Of a stretch of DNA of 64,000 nucleotides, positions 63,195 through 64,000 are shown piece after piece (the first letter of the stretch is position 1; every line of letters starts with the position of its first letter). This stretch comes from Halocafeteria seosinensis (lineage: Eukaryota), in contig LVLI01000095.1 of the NCBI GenBank assembly GCA_001687465.1, forward strand, positions 1-64,000. Direction: 5' to 3'. A program made the position numbers and the translations under genes. The notes beneath the pieces were generated by a model that saw nothing but the letters and a program-made list of their open reading frames with translations, ran no database searches and was not told the DNA's origin.

Positions 63195-64000
63195 TCAGAA
63201 GCAGCGACTCCGGAGCACTTTGAGTTTTGACTCCCATTCTTCTTTGTTCAAATAGCATCCAGCAAGTATACGACCACTTGTGGTACTAAACGCGCTACGA
63301 CCGTGAAGGATTCGACGGTTGTTGAACATTAACAACGTTCCTGAGTCACCAAGAGAAGCAGGCGTGCACACAGGAGGCAGGTACTGCTTATTCAAACAGT
63401 TGACACACTTACCAGGCAACAGTGGAAACCAAAGAGTGTTTTTCCCTGAGCGAATCACGCTCAAAAGATGTTTGAGATGGGTGTAGAACTCCAATACTCG
63501 GGAAGCATCCTCGCCTGCGTACCGAAACGACTATAGAACCTTGCGGGAGAAAGTGTTGCTTTGGTTCAAAACATACCCGGAAAAGGAATGATAGGGGAAC
63601 GATCATCATTATTAAATGCAAAGTCGATTACTTCTCCGTTATCGTCCGTTTGGATTATCTGTACCCCTCAAAACATTCCTTGTAAGCTATCAGCAGCTCC
63701 TATTGAAAAGTATGTATACATACACGTTTCCATTGAAGCAAAGAATAGCCAGGGTCTTTAAAATGAAAAGGAATAGGGCGCGAGGCAAAATACTCAAACG
63801 TATCAGGGTAACACTCTCTGAGCGTTGCCGCCACCTGGAACCCGTCTACAAGCAAAGTCTTTCCTCCTCCATCAGGGTCTGCTTTAAGGCAATGGAATGC
63901 TTGTAGACCTGGAGTATCTTCCAAATAAGTATTATCCGTATGAGCCGCCAGAGCTCGTGCTGAATACGCAGTATCGTTGGGGTCTGGCAGAACTTCCGTT
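63195..64000 (-). CDS. Trimethyllysine/gamma-butyrobetaine dioxygenase-like (TauD/2OG-Fe) protein; 5' part lies outside the window
   Basis: LAAHTDNTY (HxD), PGLQAFHC, GGKTLLVDGF, NNRRILHGRSAF and R.LAGCY motifs. Confidence 0.85.

Overview
Gene-dense eukaryotic DNA with many short (about 60-120 nt) GT-AG introns, probably from a protist; a stramenopile-like origin is only my inference. About 20 protein-coding genes are recognisable: histidine acid phosphatase, nardilysin-like M16A protease, HtrL-like protein, a Cys-rich surface protein, PUS1/TruA, a MAO-type amine oxidase, WH1-CRIB-RhoGAP, mitochondrial ferredoxin, COQ4, TBC Rab-GAP, chorismate synthase, HEI10-like RING, exostosin GT47, SPT5, two tubby paralogs, a GT-like protein, a multipass membrane protein, RFC3, BAR-SH3 and a partial TMLHE/BBOX-type dioxygenase. 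Two things stand out. (1) A large protein fuses WW repeats, cNMP-binding domains and a SHIP-like PH/5-phosphatase/C2 core, and has an RGS domain apparently inserted inside the C2 domain. (2) There are relics of microsatellite-tailed non-LTR retroelements; one has an unusual RLE-tail/archaeal-type RNase H/chromodomain C-terminus and a 96-nt putative kissing-loop RNA terminus that recurs, inverted, 26 kb away. All calls come from reading motifs by eye; no searches were run. Multi-exon gene spans and some start codons are approximate.
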